From contig CAZTYE010000005.1 in the NCBI GenBank assembly GCA_964617645.1, positions 73,350 to 137,349 on the forward strand: a DNA stretch of 64,000 nt, written 5' to 3'. Origin of the DNA: an uncultured Ignavibacteria bacterium (GTDB lineage: Bacteria; Zixibacteria; MSB-5A5; CAIYYT01). The notes beneath the pieces are model-generated. The model searched no databases, was not told the origin of the DNA, and saw only the letters and a program-made list of their open reading frames with translations. A program made the translations under genes and the position numbers. Shown piece by piece: positions 39,179 to 49,631 of the stretch (positions are counted from its first letter, which is position 1; each line of letters starts with the position of its first letter).

Positions 39179-41566
39179 ATGGGTGTGAAGTCTTTCTTCG
39201 AAGCCGGTCGTCGTCAGGAGATAACCGGATTCCTTCTAATCGTCTTTGCGATCTTTGTGCTGATTTCTCTGGCAACCTACGACCGTGACGACATCGGCCG
39301 CTTCACGCCCCAGCCGCTGCCCGGCGATTCCGCCGGCGAAGACCCAGACATCATGATCTCGGAAGGCGACTATTTCGAGACCGCCGTCACGCCCGACACC
39401 TTGCCGGCAAATGAGGCTTCGCTCACGTTCTCCGAACTTCTCGATGTCCACGTCGAGAACCAAGCGGGAATTGTCGGCGCCTGGGTCAGCGAATACACTC
39501 TGCAAGGCATCGGACGCTCTTCGTTTCTGATCACGCTCGTCTTGATGGTCATCGGCTGGCGCCTGCTCTTCAAGTACGAAAACAACTGGCTGCGCAACAA
39601 GCTGCTGATGGTATTCCTCTTCATCTTTGTTCTCGGCACGTTGCTTCACCTCCTCGATTTGGACAATCCCGGCATTGAAGACACCATCACTTTCAGCCTC
39701 TCCGGTCATCTGGGATTGAGCATCGCTCGTTTGGTTAAGTCTCTTTTCGCTGTTGCCGGCGGCTTTGCGCTCTTGGGAGCGTCGCTGCTTTTCATCTTGT
39801 TTGCAATCATCCCCTTTCGACCCGGCAGCATCCGCAAGGGCATCGATACGGGCATTGATGTTGCCGGTCGTTCGTCGCGTTCGGCGGCGTTTCACCTGAA
39901 AGAACAGTCGCGCGGATGGTTTGCCAGTCTCAAAGATCTCTTCAAGCGCCCATCGCGCAGCGAACCCGAAACAGCCACTGAACCGGAATCTAATGCTATC
40001 GTTGATGAAAATCCTGTTGAGGCCTTGACACCGGTCTCCAAGAAGGCGCCCGAGCAAATTCCGCTCGGATTCGACGAACCGAACGAGAAACGCAAACTGA
40101 AGCTGACCCGCGCCACACGCGTCTCGAAGGACGGCCATCTCATGCCGCCGCTGGATCTGCTCCAGATGCCGCCGATGGGCGAGGTCACCGTTTCTAACTC
40201 CGACCTCGACGAAACCGGCAATGCGCTGCTGCAGACTTTGACCACGTTCGGCGTCGAAGTAATTCCGAACAGCCTCGAAAAGTACCCCGGCCCGATCATC
40301 ACGCGGTTCGAATTCAAGCCGGCCCCCGGCATCAAAATCAATCAGATTGTCAACCTCGCCGACGACTTGGCGCTCGCTCTCAAAGCGTCGCGAATTCGCA
40401 TTATTGCCCCGGTGCCCGGAAAGTCGGCGGTCGGCGTCGAAATCCCCAACCGCAAATCGCAAAAGGTCTTCGTCCGCGAAATCGTCAACTCGGATGCCTA
40501 CCAGCGGGGGAAGTACAAGCTGCCGCTGGCGCTGGGAAAAACCACCATGGGCGCGCCCTACGTCGTTGATCTGGCCCGCATGCCGCATCTTTTGATCGCC
40601 GGCGCCACTGGCTCGGGAAAATCCGTCTGCCTGAACACCGTTATCACCAGCCTGATCTACAAGCACACACCGAAAACGCTGCGCTTCATCTTCATCGATC
40701 CGAAGATTCTTGAGCTTTCCGTTTACGCCGACATTCCTTTTCTCGCCCGCGGCGTCGTCACAAAGCCGAAGATGGCCGAGTCCGTCTTGGCGGGCGCGGT
40801 CGCCGAGATGGAAGAACGTTACAAGAAGCTCGCAATGCAGTCGGTGCGATCGCTCGACGATTACAACGCCAAGGTTCCCGAGATGGATCGCCTGCCGTAT
40901 CTGCTGATCGTCGTCGACGAATTAGCCGACATGATGATGTCATCGTCGGCGGCGAAAATCGAGCTCCTGATCACACGGCTCGCGCAGATGGCGCGCGCCG
41001 TCGGCATTCACCTGATCTTGGCCACTCAGCGTCCGTCCGTCGATGTCATTACCGGTCTGATCAAGGCCAATTTCTCGTCGCGTATCGCGTTTCAGGTTGC
41101 CTCCAAGGTCGACAGCCGCACGATCCTCGACGCCAACGGCGCTGAAAAATTGCTGGGGCAGGGCGACATGCTGCTGCTTCTCGCCGGCGAACCGGAGCCG
41201 ATTCGCATTCACGGCGCCTACGTTTCGTCTGATGAAACTGAAGCGATCGTCAACTTCCTTCGCGAAAACAACTCCGATTCCAAGCCGCTTGAGGCATTCT
41301 CCGAAGAGGCCGAGAAGGCCGTCGTCGAACGCAATAACCAGGACGTGCTCCTCCCGGAGGCCGCCGAATTGGTCATCCGTCACAAACAGGGATCAGTCTC
41401 GCTTCTGCAAAGGCGACTCGGCATCGGCTACCAGCGCGCCGCGCGCATCATGGACCAACTTGAGCAAGCCGGCGTTGTTGGTCCGTTTGACGGGGCCAAA
41501 GGCCGCGAGGTTCTCGTTGACAAATCGTATCTCGATTTGATGAAAAAAGACAAACCATCAGTTTAG
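39179..41566 (+). CDS. ftsK: DNA translocase FtsK
   Basis: N-terminal TM segments and a Pro/Glu-rich linker. Motor domain with Walker A GATGSGKSV, and the C-terminal gamma-domain winged helix SVSLLQRRLGIGYQRAARIMDQLE. Confidence 0.9.
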   Translation: MGVKSFFEAGRRQEITGFLLIVFAIFVLISLATYDRDDIGRFTPQPLPGDSAGEDPDIMISEGDYFETAVTPDTLPANEASLTFSELLDVHVENQAGIVGAWVSEYTLQGIGRSSFLITLVLMVIGWRLLFKYENNWLRNKLLMVFLFIFVLGTLLHLLDLDNPGIEDTITFSLSGHLGLSIARLVKSLFAVAGGFALLGASLLFILFAIIPFRPGSIRKGIDTGIDVAGRSSRSAAFHLKEQSRGWFASLKDLFKRPSRSEPETATEPESNAIVDENPVEALTPVSKKAPEQIPLGFDEPNEKRKLKLTRATRVSKDGHLMPPLDLLQMPPMGEVTVSNSDLDETGNALLQTLTTFGVEVIPNSLEKYPGPIITRFEFKPAPGIKINQIVNLADDLALALKASRIRIIAPVPGKSAVGVEIPNRKSQKVFVREIVNSDAYQRGKYKLPLALGKTTMGAPYVVDLARMPHLLIAGATGSGKSVCLNTVITSLIYKHTPKTLRFIFIDPKILELSVYADIPFLARGVVTKPKMAESVLAGAVAEMEERYKKLAMQSVRSLDDYNAKVPEMDRLPYLLIVVDELADMMMSSSAAKIELLITRLAQMARAVGIHLILATQRPSVDVITGLIKANFSSRIAFQVASKVDSRTILDANGAEKLLGQGDMLLLLAGEPEPIRIHGAYVSSDETEAIVNFLRENNSDSKPLEAFSEEAEKAVVERNNQDVLLPEAAELVIRHKQGSVSLLQRRLGIGYQRAARIMDQLEQAGVVGPFDGAKGREVLVDKSYLDLMKKDKPSV

Positions 41567-41585
41567 ATAATCTGTATAAGTCAAT

Positions 41586-42212
41586 ATGATTGTGCGTATT
41601 ATCGCCTTCGCTGCCATGCTCGCCGCCACCGTTCTTGCCGATTCGGCAGGTGAAATCGCGACTCGAATCGAGCAAACATACACTGCAGGAAAGACGTTCT
41701 CGGTGAATTTCTCGCAGGTCGTCCAGACCGGCAACTTCTTTGACGATGAAAAGGTGTCCGGCGTTATGCTCTTGGCGTATCCGGAAAAATTCCGGATCGA
41801 GACTTCCGCGCAGACCCTGGTTTCGGACGGCGACACGCTCTGGACTTACTCCGAAGAGAACCGTCAGGTCACGATTGAACCCATGAATCGGCTTGAAGAC
41901 GTCGTTACACCTGCCGACTATTTGTTCCGGCTGCGCGAGCGGTATGATCTGACCGCAGATTCATCGGAGGTCATCGACAAGCGTGTGCATCACCGCCTGT
42001 CTTTGCGGGCGCGTGACGATGACTACTACGTGCGTTCGATGCGCGTCTATGTTGATCCCGCGACGAACTTGATTCGCCGCGTCGTCTATCGCGACATCAA
42101 CGACAACCGCATCACGCTTGACTTCTCCGATTGGAAACTCGGCGCCGCAATCAAATCGGAACAATTCCGCTTCAAGACGCCGTCCGGTGTAGAAGAGGTT
42201 CGCGTCCCTTGA
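41586..42212 (+). CDS. lolA: Outer-membrane lipoprotein carrier protein LolA
   Basis: 208 aa with a signal peptide. LolA-like FSQVVQTG...LLAYPEKFRIETSAQTLVSDGDTLW. The ftsK–lolA order is conserved in many bacteria. Confidence 0.7.
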   Translation: MIVRIIAFAAMLAATVLADSAGEIATRIEQTYTAGKTFSVNFSQVVQTGNFFDDEKVSGVMLLAYPEKFRIETSAQTLVSDGDTLWTYSEENRQVTIEPMNRLEDVVTPADYLFRLRERYDLTADSSEVIDKRVHHRLSLRARDDDYYVRSMRVYVDPATNLIRRVVYRDINDNRITLDFSDWKLGAAIKSEQFRFKTPSGVEEVRVP

Positions 42213-43552
42213 ATTCTCCGAAAAAGAAACGAGTCTTTTTTAAAGGACTGGGCTGTCCGAAAAACGAAGTCGACGGCGACATCATTCTTGGCTACCTCAA
42301 GGAGCGTGATGTCGAGATTACCGATGACGTCGATCAGGCCGATTATCTGCTGATCAATACCTGCGCGTTTATTCAATCTGCCAAAGAAGAATCGATCGAG
42401 GAAATACTCAAGCTGGCCGCCGTCAAGGAGCAGAGCGGCAAGAAACAGCGCTTGCTGGTTTCGGGTTGCCTCTCACAGCGTTACGCGAACGAGCTGCTTT
42501 CCGACATCCCCGAAATCGACGGTATGATCGGCATCGACCAATTCGACAAGATCGGTTCGCTGCTCGACGCCGATTCGGCTTACATCACCCGGCCGCCAAG
42601 CCAGTACAAGGAAGTTCACTCCGTGCAGTTGCTGCGCGAGCGGCCGTTTGCCTATCTCAAAATCGCCGACGGCTGCGACTGCCGTTGCTCGTATTGCGCG
42701 ATCCCGATGATGCGCGGCGATTTTCGCTCGCGCAGTCTTTCCGCCATCGAGTCTGACGTCGACCGGCTGTTGGCGCACGGTGTCGTTGAATTCAATCTTA
42801 TCGCTCAGGATGTCGCCTACTACGGCCTCGACCTCGGCCGGCGGCCGCTCGATTTGCTCGAGATGCTCGAAGGCAAGTCGGGCAACTTTTGGGTGCGGCC
42901 GTTTTACCTGCACCCGCTGCACGTGTCCGACGAAATACTTGATTTTCTCGCTTCATCACAGAAATACTGCCGTTACCTTGAAAGCCCGATTCAGCACGTT
43001 TCCAGTCCGTTGCTCAAGAAAATGAATCGCGGCTACGATCGCGCTCACGTTGAGAACATGATCGCGCGATTGCGAGCCAAATTGCCCGATACCGTCTGGC
43101 GCACGACGTTCATCGTCGGCTTTCCCGGCGAGACCGAGCGGGAATTCTCCGATCTTTGCGATTTCGTCGTCGACCACAAGATCCACCGGGCCGGCGTCTT
43201 CGGCTACAGTCACGAAGAGGGCACCGCCTCCTTCAAATACAAGCGTGTCCACTCGCAGAAAACGATCCGCGAACGTCAGGACGAGCTGACACGTTTAATC
43301 AATGAAAGCGCTGAAGAATTCAATTCGTCGCTGATCGGCCGGACACTTCCCATGCTCGTCGAGGAATACGACGTGGAAACGGCACGGCTCTCCGGGCGCC
43401 TCTTCTGCGACGCCCCCGAAATCGACTTTTCAATCAGCGTGCCGTCCGGACGACCGCAGGCTCTCGGCTTCCATCCGGTTCGAATCGTCGGAATCAGCCC
43501 CGAGGGCTTTGTCGGCGAATTCGCGCCGCTGGCCAGAGCGAAAGCAGTCTGA
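42209..43552 (+). CDS. rimO: Ribosomal protein S12 methylthiotransferase RimO
   Basis: TTG start overlaps the lolA stop. MTTase N-domain KRVFFKGLGCPKNEVDGD, radical-SAM CDCRCSYC, C-terminal TRAM domain. Confidence 0.85.
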   Translation: MNSPKKKRVFFKGLGCPKNEVDGDIILGYLKERDVEITDDVDQADYLLINTCAFIQSAKEESIEEILKLAAVKEQSGKKQRLLVSGCLSQRYANELLSDIPEIDGMIGIDQFDKIGSLLDADSAYITRPPSQYKEVHSVQLLRERPFAYLKIADGCDCRCSYCAIPMMRGDFRSRSLSAIESDVDRLLAHGVVEFNLIAQDVAYYGLDLGRRPLDLLEMLEGKSGNFWVRPFYLHPLHVSDEILDFLASSQKYCRYLESPIQHVSSPLLKKMNRGYDRAHVENMIARLRAKLPDTVWRTTFIVGFPGETEREFSDLCDFVVDHKIHRAGVFGYSHEEGTASFKYKRVHSQKTIRERQDELTRLINESAEEFNSSLIGRTLPMLVEEYDVETARLSGRLFCDAPEIDFSISVPSGRPQALGFHPVRIVGISPEGFVGEFAPLARAKAV

Positions 43553-43614
43553 ATCGACTTAGCGGCGCGAAAGTTCAATGCGGCAGCGTCGCTCCGGATT
43601 GCATATAATCGTTT

Positions 43615-44283
43615 GTGACAAAAACGCGTTTCCGTCACTCAACGCGACAGCTAATCGGGTATTGGTCATCGCCGGTTGGGTCGTGGAAGATTCTCCCATT
43701 CCTATCATTGCTTCTATTCGGCGTCGGTTTCAGAATTCAAGCGCAGCCGGTGGATAATCGCAGCTATGTCAAGGCCGGTGTCGTTCATCTATCCGGTATC
43801 ATCTCCGATTCCATCACCGTTGCCGCGAACTCGGCCATCCGGATCGATCCCATCGAGGGCCGCTGCGGTATCGATCTCGCTCACAGCTTGGCAACGAATC
43901 TGACAGCGCGAGGGTTTCGCATTCTGCTCGCGAACGCCGCGGATCCGGCAGACTTTTCCTTGCAAACAACCGTGAAAGAGTATAGTCTTCGCTATCGTGC
44001 CGTCGGCGGCAGACTGTTTCGTCAATCGCGCATTGAGCGCAGTTTTTCGATTTCCGCCGGCGCTGTGTTATCGACCGGAACCGGCAAATTCGTCCGTGCT
44101 CTTCACGATGCACAGCTCGTTCAACGCGACACACTCAGCTTCGCCGAGGCCCGACAAGCGCGCGGCGATGACCCGTTTCTCGCGCCGCCGCTTCCGCCGG
44201 GCGTCTTTCAGCGGGTTGTCGAACCGTCGATCGTCGTCGGCATCACCGGCGCGTTGGTATATTTCTTTTTTGCTTCAAGGTAG
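43615..44283 (+). CDS. Hypothetical secreted protein
   Basis: 222 aa with an N-terminal hydrophobic segment. No motif recognised. Confidence 0.4.
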   Translation: MTKTRFRHSTRQLIGYWSSPVGSWKILPFLSLLLFGVGFRIQAQPVDNRSYVKAGVVHLSGIISDSITVAANSAIRIDPIEGRCGIDLAHSLATNLTARGFRILLANAADPADFSLQTTVKEYSLRYRAVGGRLFRQSRIERSFSISAGAVLSTGTGKFVRALHDAQLVQRDTLSFAEARQARGDDPFLAPPLPPGVFQRVVEPSIVVGITGALVYFFFASR

Positions 44284-44292
44284 GCATCACGG

Positions 44293-45120
44293 ATGAGTAA
44301 ATCTTTTGGTTGGTTGTGGTCGGGAATCGGGGTTCTTCTCGCGCTGGCGCTCTTTGCCGGCTGCGCGTCGCAATCACAAATGTCCGGCGCCGATCCGCGC
44401 GTCACTTACGATGCGGCGCTCAAGAAACTGGAAAATGAAAAGTGGGCCGATGCCCAACTGCTACTGCAACGCGTGTCGTTGAGCGCGCCCGGCAGCAGTT
44501 ACATCGACAGTGTTCAGTACTATCTCGCCATGTCGTTCTTCGGCAACGGCGATTACCATCTGGCGATCGCCGAGTTTCGTCGTCTGGCGAATTCGTTTCC
44601 GCGATCCGAGCTTCTGGACGACGCGCAGTACATGGTCGGAAAGTCGTACTTCCTCGCGGCGCCCGGCAATGTCGGCCTCGACCAAACAGATAATGAAAGC
44701 GCGATTCGCGAATTGCAGGCATTCCTCGAAGAGCATCCGCGATCGCCGCTGCTGGTTGAAGCCTCTCAGCTTTTGTCGACCGCTATTGAGAAGCGCGTCC
44801 GCAAGCAGTTCCAATCCGGTCGCCAGTACTTCCGCATGGGTAACGGTGAGTCGGCACGGCTCTACTTGACCGACATCATTACCGAGTATCCTGAGTCGCG
44901 TTACACGCCGGAGGCCCTCTACCTGCTGGCGCGCGTCGACGCTAAAGAAGGAAAACTCGAGGATGCCCGCGACAAGCTCAACAACCTGATCAACGCTTTC
45001 CCGGATTCCAAGCTGACCAAGCGCGCCGCGCAATTGAAGTTGAAAATCGAGAAGTCGATTGCCGAGGCGGCGGCCGACACTGCCGCCGCCGCCCAACTTA
45101 ACGGTGGAAAGAGTGAGTGA
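44293..45120 (+). CDS. bamD: Outer-membrane protein assembly factor BamD
   Basis: Lipobox LFAGCAS. TPR-like repeats with DDAQYMVGKSYF..., typical of BamD/YfiO. Confidence 0.8.
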   Translation: MSKSFGWLWSGIGVLLALALFAGCASQSQMSGADPRVTYDAALKKLENEKWADAQLLLQRVSLSAPGSSYIDSVQYYLAMSFFGNGDYHLAIAEFRRLANSFPRSELLDDAQYMVGKSYFLAAPGNVGLDQTDNESAIRELQAFLEEHPRSPLLVEASQLLSTAIEKRVRKQFQSGRQYFRMGNGESARLYLTDIITEYPESRYTPEALYLLARVDAKEGKLEDARDKLNNLINAFPDSKLTKRAAQLKLKIEKSIAEAAADTAAAAQLNGGKSE

Positions 45121-45688
45121 AAAGATTGGCGTCCTCGGCGGCGCGTTCGATCCGATTCATCTCGGGCACTTGATCCTCGCGCAATCGGCGCTCGACGAAC
45201 TACAGCTTGAGCGCATCTTGTTCGTCCCGTCGTTTCAGCCGTCACATCAGCATAAAGTCATCGTCACCGACTTCGAGCACCGCCTGCTTATGGTAAAGAA
45301 GGCCATCAACGGCAATCGCGCCTTTCACTGCCTTGATCTTGAGCGTGAAATCGAGCCTCCGACCTACACCGTCAAGATGATTGAGCGTCTGCGCGCCGAC
45401 CTGCCGCAAGCAGAGTTGTTTTTTATCATCGGCGCCGACAGCCTCGAACAAATCGATACCTGGTACCAGCCCGACAAGATCGTGAAACTGGCGCGATTGG
45501 TCGTGGCGGCCCGGGACGGACATCGACTACAGTCCACGCACCCGTTTACGCGGCTGGCGATGCCGCTCATCGCGATTTCCGCCTCGCAGTTGCGCGAGCG
45601 TGCGCGTGCCGGGCAATCGTTGCGCTACCTTGTCCCTGATCAAGTCATTTCGTATATTGCCGCACAGAAAATCTACCGTGAGGAGTGA
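45113..45688 (+). CDS. nadD: Nicotinate-nucleotide adenylyltransferase
   Basis: GTG at 45113 gives VSEKIGVLGGAFDPIHLGH (HxGH motif) and a later ISASQLR motif. Confidence 0.85.
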   Translation: MSEKIGVLGGAFDPIHLGHLILAQSALDELQLERILFVPSFQPSHQHKVIVTDFEHRLLMVKKAINGNRAFHCLDLEREIEPPTYTVKMIERLRADLPQAELFFIIGADSLEQIDTWYQPDKIVKLARLVVAARDGHRLQSTHPFTRLAMPLIAISASQLRERARAGQSLRYLVPDQVISYIAAQKIYREE

Positions 45689-48384
45689 TGTCCGTTAATC
45701 GCCTCTTCCTGATCGATGGCTCGGCGTTGGCGTACCGTTCGTACTACGCCTTCCTTGCCAATCCGCTGCGCACCAAGCGCGGCGAGCCGACGTCTGTCGT
45801 TTTTGGCTTCGCCGCCACCATCTTGCGCCTGTTGAACCAGGAAAAACCTACTCACCTTGCGGTCGTTCAGGACACCAAGGAACCGAGTTTCCGGCACAAA
45901 ATGTATGACGAATACAAAGCCCAGCGCGCCACCATGCCGGATGACATGGCGCAACAGCTCCCGCGGCTTGACGAAATGCTCGCGGTGATGAACATCACCA
46001 ATCTTAAAATGCCCGGCTACGAAGCCGACGATATTATCGCCACGCTTACGCGCCGCGCCGAGTCCGCCGGCTGGGAAGTCGTTGTGGTTACCGGCGACAA
46101 GGACCTGATGCAACTGGTCAACGACAAGGTCAAAGTCTTCAATCTGAAGAAACTCTCGGAGGCCGGCGAATGGTTCGATCGGGCCGCCGTCAAAGAGAAG
46201 ATGGGCGTCTATCCCGAGCAGATTCTCGACTACCTTTCGTTGATGGGCGATACATCCGACAACATTCCCGGCGTCGACGGCGTCGGTCCCAAGACCGCCG
46301 TCAAGCTGATCGAGGAATACGGCTCGTTTGAAGCCGTCCTCGCCAACGCGGAGAAAATCTCGAAACCGAAGCTGCGTGACTCGCTGATCGCGTTTCGTCC
46401 GCAAGCGGAATTGACCCGCAGGCTCGTTGCGCTCGAGTACGATGTTCCGGTCAAATGCGACCTTGACAATCTCGCGATTCCCAGTCTCGACAATCCCCAA
46501 TTGCGCCAGATGTTTCTCGAGTTCGAGTTTGTCTCACTCGCCAAGCAGCTCTCGCCGGCGGCGACGCTCACCGAGCAGACGTCAACCACGAAGCAGAGGT
46601 ACACGACGGTCGATAGCGAAACGAAACTCCGGGATGTCATCAAACGCATTCGCCAGACCGGTATTTTCGCCTTCGACACCGAAACTACCGGCCTTGATTG
46701 GATGACCTGCAAACTCGTCGGCATCTCGCTCGCGGCGTCCGAAGGCGAAGCCTGGTACATTCCGCTCGGCCACAGCCAGGGAAACAACCTTGATGCATCC
46801 GCGTGTCGCAAGTTGCTGCAACCGCTCTTCGTTGACCCTCAACTCAAGCGCGTAGCGCAGAATTTCAAATTCGATTGCCATGTCTTGACTCGGCATGGCT
46901 ACGAAATATCCGGCTGCGACCACGATCCGATGCTTTCATCGTATGTCGTCGATCCGGCCGGGCAGCATGGTCTCGATGCGCTGGCGCTCAAGCACTTTGA
47001 CTACACGATGCAGCCGATCTCTGATTTGATTGGCTCCGGCAAGAAACAAATCACTTTCGCCGAAGTCCCGATCGACAAGGCGACCTTCTATTCTGCCGAA
47101 GACGCCGACTTCACACTGCGCCTGGCGATGAAACTCGAACCGATGGTCAAGGCGATTGGCGCCGACAAACTGCTGAACGAGATCGAACTGCCATTAACTG
47201 TTGTATTGGCCAAAGTCGAGGCCAACGGCGTGCGCATCGATGCTGCATTCCTCAGGAAAATGTCGGCCGATATCGGCAAGCAACTCGAGAAGATCGTGCA
47301 CGATATTCACACGCTGGCCGGCCGCGAATTCAATATCAACTCAACGGCGCAACTATCGGAAATTCTGTTCGACGAATTGAAACTTCAGCCGCTGCGCAAG
47401 ACCGCGAAGAAGACCGGCTATTCCACCGATGTAAATGTCCTCACCGAATTGGCCAAGGTCCACGATCTGCCGCGGCTCATTCTCGAATATCGAAAGCTCG
47501 CTAAACTGAAATCGACATACGTCGACGCTTTGCCCGAATTGGTGAACGCCGAATCCGGCCGCGTGCACACTTCTTACAATCAGGCGGTTGCGACCACCGG
47601 GCGGCTTTCCTCCACCGACCCTAACCTGCAGAACATTCCGATCAAGACCGAGGAGGGAAGTCAGATCCGGCGCGCGTTCGTTCCTGCCGACAGCGGGCAC
47701 AAACTCCTCACCGCCGATTACTCGCAAATCGAACTGCGGGTGCTCGCTCATTGCGCCGACGAGCGCGTCTTGATCGAATCTTTCCGCAATGGCGAGGACA
47801 TCCACGCCCGCACCGCTTCGGAAGTCTACGGCGTCGATCTCAAAGCCGTGACGGCGCCGATGCGCCGCATGGCCAAGACCGCGAACTTCGCGGTTATCTA
47901 CGGCGTCACCGCCTTCGGCCTCTCGCAGCAATCCGACATGACCGTCGGCGAGGCGAAGGAGTTCATCGATGTGTACTTTTCGCGCTATCCTGCGATCCGC
48001 GGCTTCATCGATGCAACTATCGCCGCGGCGCGCCGCGACGGTTACGTTACGACACTTTTTGGTCGCCGCCGATATCTGCCGGAAATCAATTCCAAAAACG
48101 TCAGTCTGCGCCAGTTCGCCGAACGCACGGCGGTCAACACGGTGATCCAGGGCACCGCCGCTGATATGATCAAGATTGCCATGATCCAGATCGACCGCGC
48201 CATGCAAGACATGAAATCACTGATGATTCTGCAGGTTCACGATGAGCTGGTGTTCGACGCCGTGATCTCCGAGCTTGATGACTTGCGCGCGCTCGTGTGC
48301 GATCGGATGGAGAATTGCGTGAAGCTGAACGTACCCATCAAAGTCGAAGTCGGTATCGGCGATAATTGGCTGGAGAGTAAGTAG
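45685..48384 (+). CDS. polA: DNA polymerase I
   Basis: 899 aa: 5'-3' exonuclease, 3'-5' exonuclease and polymerase domains. Motifs A (DYSQIELR), B (RRMAKTANFAVIYG) and C (QVHDEL). Confidence 0.95.
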   Translation: MMSVNRLFLIDGSALAYRSYYAFLANPLRTKRGEPTSVVFGFAATILRLLNQEKPTHLAVVQDTKEPSFRHKMYDEYKAQRATMPDDMAQQLPRLDEMLAVMNITNLKMPGYEADDIIATLTRRAESAGWEVVVVTGDKDLMQLVNDKVKVFNLKKLSEAGEWFDRAAVKEKMGVYPEQILDYLSLMGDTSDNIPGVDGVGPKTAVKLIEEYGSFEAVLANAEKISKPKLRDSLIAFRPQAELTRRLVALEYDVPVKCDLDNLAIPSLDNPQLRQMFLEFEFVSLAKQLSPAATLTEQTSTTKQRYTTVDSETKLRDVIKRIRQTGIFAFDTETTGLDWMTCKLVGISLAASEGEAWYIPLGHSQGNNLDASACRKLLQPLFVDPQLKRVAQNFKFDCHVLTRHGYEISGCDHDPMLSSYVVDPAGQHGLDALALKHFDYTMQPISDLIGSGKKQITFAEVPIDKATFYSAEDADFTLRLAMKLEPMVKAIGADKLLNEIELPLTVVLAKVEANGVRIDAAFLRKMSADIGKQLEKIVHDIHTLAGREFNINSTAQLSEILFDELKLQPLRKTAKKTGYSTDVNVLTELAKVHDLPRLILEYRKLAKLKSTYVDALPELVNAESGRVHTSYNQAVATTGRLSSTDPNLQNIPIKTEEGSQIRRAFVPADSGHKLLTADYSQIELRVLAHCADERVLIESFRNGEDIHARTASEVYGVDLKAVTAPMRRMAKTANFAVIYGVTAFGLSQQSDMTVGEAKEFIDVYFSRYPAIRGFIDATIAAARRDGYVTTLFGRRRYLPEINSKNVSLRQFAERTAVNTVIQGTAADMIKIAMIQIDRAMQDMKSLMILQVHDELVFDAVISELDDLRALVCDRMENCVKLNVPIKVEVGIGDNWLESK

Positions 48385-48389
48385 CTGCA

Positions 48390-49628
48390 GTGGGCAAGAG
48401 AAAGAAATCCGCGGCGCCGCCGGTTTCTCGTCCGCGTTCGCACTCCGGCATTGGCCGCTGGTACCGCCATAACAAGGCGCGCGTCCAGCGATTTCTCGTC
48501 ATCGGAATTCTTGCGGTCGCGGCGCTAATTCTGATCGTCGTCGGCCTGCGGTATGTGCTCGGTCGCGGCGAGCGAATGTCTAAGGCGGACTTGATATCTT
48601 TGGGCCGGGAAAAACTCCTTCTTGGCTACTTCGATGACGCAATTCTCAACTATCACAAGGCCTCTAATCTCGATCCGAACGATCCATTGCTGCAGCGCGA
48701 GTACCGCTTGGCCCGCCAGCGCTCGACCGTAAGCAACCGCGGTTCTCTCGATCAGACATTCCTGACCGCTCATGAAGTGCTGCAACTCGATTCGCGCTCT
48801 TTGGTCGCCACTGTCTGCTTGGCCCAGTATTTCGAGATGCGCAATTTGCCCGATTCGCTGCGACACTATGCGCATCGCGCTCGCGACTTGGCGCTGCAGT
48901 CGGGCGATCGGGCCGGGCAAGTCGCCTCCGGACTGTTGCTGGCGACATACTTTCGTACCTTCGATCGGCAGGATTCTGTTCTGGTTTACGACCGCGAAGC
49001 GCTGGCGGCGGCGACAACTATCGGTGATACGCTGCAGATTGCGTTTGCCTCCGCGTCGCTGGGATTTGCGGCCGTTCGTTTGGACAGTCTTGAAGCAGCC
49101 CGTGAGCTGTTCACGATGCTGGTCGACTACCGCGGCCAAAATCGCGAAGCCTATGTCGAGATCGGCCGCACCGGCCTGGCCGACTATTTTCATCGAAGCC
49201 GGCAGTATGATTCGGCGCTCGTCTACCTGCGCGCCCTGCAAACCAAAATCGAGCGCGGCGCCGTCGATGGCACTACTGCTTACGCCACTTCCGTCTTCGG
49301 CCGCGTGATGCGCGACCGCGGCGACCACGAAATGGCGATCACGCTGCTGCTCGGCGCTCAGCAGAACTGGGAGAGCCTGAGATCGACTCCCGACATCATC
49401 GACAACCTCAATGATCTGGCGAAAGCCTATCGCGCCAAGAACGACTTCTTCAACGCCCGCAAATACTATCTCGCGGCCGGCAAGTTGGCCGGCACGGCCA
49501 AACTGCCGCACAAAGACCAGTACACTGCCGACCTGAACTTGCTCTTCCTGAAGAATCTCAAGAGCGATGAGTACGTCCGCGCCGGCGCTGAGGGCGAGGA
49601 ACTGGCGACTCGCCTGCAGGGAAGTTAG
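48390..49628 (+). CDS. TPR-repeat protein with an N-terminal membrane anchor
   Basis: 412 aa, one TM helix, multiple TPR-like repeats. Confidence 0.5.
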   Translation: MGKRKKSAAPPVSRPRSHSGIGRWYRHNKARVQRFLVIGILAVAALILIVVGLRYVLGRGERMSKADLISLGREKLLLGYFDDAILNYHKASNLDPNDPLLQREYRLARQRSTVSNRGSLDQTFLTAHEVLQLDSRSLVATVCLAQYFEMRNLPDSLRHYAHRARDLALQSGDRAGQVASGLLLATYFRTFDRQDSVLVYDREALAAATTIGDTLQIAFASASLGFAAVRLDSLEAARELFTMLVDYRGQNREAYVEIGRTGLADYFHRSRQYDSALVYLRALQTKIERGAVDGTTAYATSVFGRVMRDRGDHEMAITLLLGAQQNWESLRSTPDIIDNLNDLAKAYRAKNDFFNARKYYLAAGKLAGTAKLPHKDQYTADLNLLFLKNLKSDEYVRAGAEGEELATRLQGS

Positions 49629-49631
49629 GCC

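Noticed and set aside
39236-40666. 476-aa minus-strand ORF inside ftsK
   Set aside because: Antisense to an unambiguous FtsK with Walker motifs. The translation has no motifs and is Arg/Gly/Asp-rich.
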